A stretch of 64,000 nt of DNA from Octopus sinensis (Eukaryota), in NCBI RefSeq assembly GCF_006345805.1, contig NC_042999.1, positions 49,042,001-49,106,000 on the forward strand, written 5' to 3'. Position 1 is the first letter of the stretch. The number at the start of each line of letters is the position of its first letter. Below are positions 61,170 through 64,000 of this stretch, one piece after another. Under the pieces are notes generated by a model, which was not told the origin of the DNA, searched no databases, and worked only from the letters and a program-made list of their open reading frames with translations. The position numbers and the translations under genes were made by a program.

Positions 61170-61812
61170 CACATACATAGATTAAATAGAGTACCAGTTA
61201 GTTCTTAGCCCCTATTTCCAGATTTCGTTACTTGTGGTCTTATTCATTATTCCGAAGCTACTGCTCCAAGCTCCTACATGTGAACGTACTTCGCACACAC
61301 ATAAATACGGGCACATGAGATGGTTTTTGCAGCCCATTCTCAGTGCCATATATTCACATATTTTCAAAAGATGACCAGAAAGGGAAAGGCTTGCCGAAGA
61401 TACCGAGGACAAAGAAATCCCTCTTCTCGATCTGCCCAATACAACATCTGTCAAATGAAACATAACTGCCTTGTACTAACAGATGGACTGTACTGAATTC
61501 AATGTTTCTATATATGAAGTATAATATCTTAACGATGGATTTCGAAGTGTATTACGCTACAAATAATAGAGTGTAAAATATTAGGTTAAGGAACCCCTTG
61601 GATGTAAAAGTAAGTCGAATGTTGCGGATGAGATCCAACCAGAACACACGTTTTGCAAACATGACAGAAGTTTTATCAGGTATAACAAAGCACCTATTCG
61701 AATTTTCTTGAACCATTTCAGAAACTTCATTTTGTGTATAAAGTATCGTATGTTATTTACATTATCAGAATTTAGATACACAGGGAAAGGATATCATGGG
61801 AATTCGTAATGG

Positions 61813-61849
<37 letters not shown>

Positions 61850-62295
61850 TTATCTACTGACATTGATCTAAAATTTTGGCACATTACCATCAATTTCGGG
61901 AAGGGGAAAGCCAACTGCATCGACCAAAGAGCTCACTTGTTGTTTATTTTATCGATCCCAAAATGATAAGAGCAAAGTCAACCTCGGCCGAATTTAAACT
62001 CAATGAGAAGACGGTCGAAATGCAGTTAAACATGTCGCCCAGTGTACTAACAATTCCACCAGCCTGCTGCTTTGTTTGAATACTAATATCAATGATCGAA
62101 TTTATGTTAAATTACTTGCAAAAGCATTTTAACAACCAAAAGTGGAGAGTTACTCAAGATTTATAGTTGGATACATATCTAATAAAGTTTTTTAAAAAAA
62201 TTATGAGAGTGACTACCATGTTTCGGCTTCTTCACCATCATCACGTCAGCCAAAATTTTGAAGGCCATGTCAATCTCTTCTATGTATATATTAAT

Positions 62296-62378
<83 letters not shown>

Positions 62379-62435
62379 CGGCGGTGTGCATCAGCATGGC
62401 CGCAGCTCTGAGCTGAAACTAGGAAAAAAAAATAC

Positions 62436-62468
<33 letters not shown>

Positions 62469-62654
62469 TATATATATATACATATATATATATAATATAT
62501 ATATATACACATATATATATATACATATTATATATATACATATATATATATACATATATATATATATACAATATTATATATATACATTATATATATATAT
62601 ATATATATATATTATACATATATATATATATATATAATATATATAATATATATA

Positions 62655-62691
<37 letters not shown>

Positions 62692-62693
<2 letters not shown>

Positions 62694-62973
62694 GAAGAAA
62701 TGAGGTAATCAGAAGATCGGATGGTTCATATTTATAGATATTTATTATATATACATTTTTTACATATGTCATATCATTCAGATCATATCATTCAGATTAT
62801 TAGCGCTTTCTCCCATTTAGCGGGTTTTCAAATCTTGATTGAAAACCCCAATAGAATGGAGAAAGCGCTATTAATCTGAATGATATGATAATATTATATG
62901 TAAAAAATGTAATATATAAATAAATATCTATAAAATGAAACCATCCGATCTTCTGATTACCTCATTTCTTCTA
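62692..62973. repeat. ~280-bp near-perfect palindrome (fold-back element) with a degenerate hammerhead-like motif on each arm next to the axis
   Basis: The left arm tagaagaaatgaggtaatcagaagatcggatgg... matches the reverse complement of the right arm ...ccatccgatcttctgattacctcatttcttcta. Motifs read outward from the axis as UUGAAAA CCC..GG(G)A GAAA GCGC UA. Confidence 0.85.
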
Positions 62974-63051
62974 ATATATAATACCTGTACATCATCTCCC
63001 ACACCTTCCAATATATATATATATACATATATATATGTATATATATATATT

Positions 63052-63083
<32 letters not shown>

Positions 63084-63089
63084 ATATCT

Positions 63090-63161
<72 letters not shown>

Positions 63162-63400
63162 GCATTGCACACACATGGATGACACACATGCATCGCTAGT
63201 CAGAATCGCAATTAATCGAAAATAATGCTTACAGTGCAATTCTTAACTTGTAGATTTTAATAACAGTTATTATATTGTATGCGTATATTTACACTTATAT
63301 GGTGTGTATAGTTATATATATATATATATATATTTATTTATTTATATATATTTAGTTATATATATTTATTTATTTATATATTTATTTATATATATATATA

Positions 63401-63444
<44 letters not shown>

Positions 63445-63468
63445 TATATATATATAATATATATATAT

Positions 63469-63508
<40 letters not shown>

Positions 63509-64000
63509 CATGCTTACCGATGTATAACTATGTTATTAAAATTTTGGGAATTGAAGTGAAAGCATATTTTTCGATTAATTGGCTGAATTAAAGATCTCTA
63601 TATTGCAAATAAACTCTTCAAACTGGATGTATAAATTCCTAGTTGCTGAAATCGATTTGTTTATCAAGCTGTCATAACCAAACGTAACACATAATCAGGA
63701 CTAGCCTCTAACACACATGTTTTTTTCTACAAGTAGTCCGTTCTTATTTGTTGACGTCAAATATGCTTATTCGGAAGAATTCTTGAGAAGAATGAGTAAA
63801 AAATTACTACTATTTCATTATATGTATTACTTGATTCAGTCATTGAACTGCAGCCATACTGGAAATTTCGGTTTGAATGGTTTGGTCGATTAAGTATTCG
63901 TGTTTTGTAGCCCACTACTTCTTGTTTAGTATCTTTTTATAGTTACATAAACAAAGCTGTACCGGTTGTCAACCAGTGGTGGAAATACACACAAACGCAC

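Overview
AT-rich, microsatellite-saturated animal genomic DNA. The compound (TA)n/(CA)n/(GATA)n/(TAA)n tracts and the SINE/LINE set suggest an octopod cephalopod; this is inference, not a database match. One host gene is supported: two minus-strand coding exons (26584-26049 and 19352-18718) of a cation-type Cys-loop receptor subunit of the nicotinic acetylcholine receptor family. They splice in frame. Loop C lacks the vicinal Cys-Cys but keeps the aromatic binding residues. I could not locate the N-terminal exons. The rest is repeat-derived: two RLE-type (R4/Dong-like) LINE fragments flanked by (TAA)n, an RTE-like LINE fragment, a Penelope-like GIY-YIG fragment with inverted terminal arms, tRNA-derived SINEs, several long hairpin elements, and a ~1.25 kb tandem duplication that is probably an assembly artefact. 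The most striking observation is a set of minimal type I hammerhead ribozyme motifs (30500, 39076, 39771, 57266, and a degenerate pair near 62800). Each element has a different palindromic stem III, and most carry the compensatory U3:A8 core in place of C3:G8. One motif caps a long hairpin in a 362-bp retrozyme-like partial tandem repeat.
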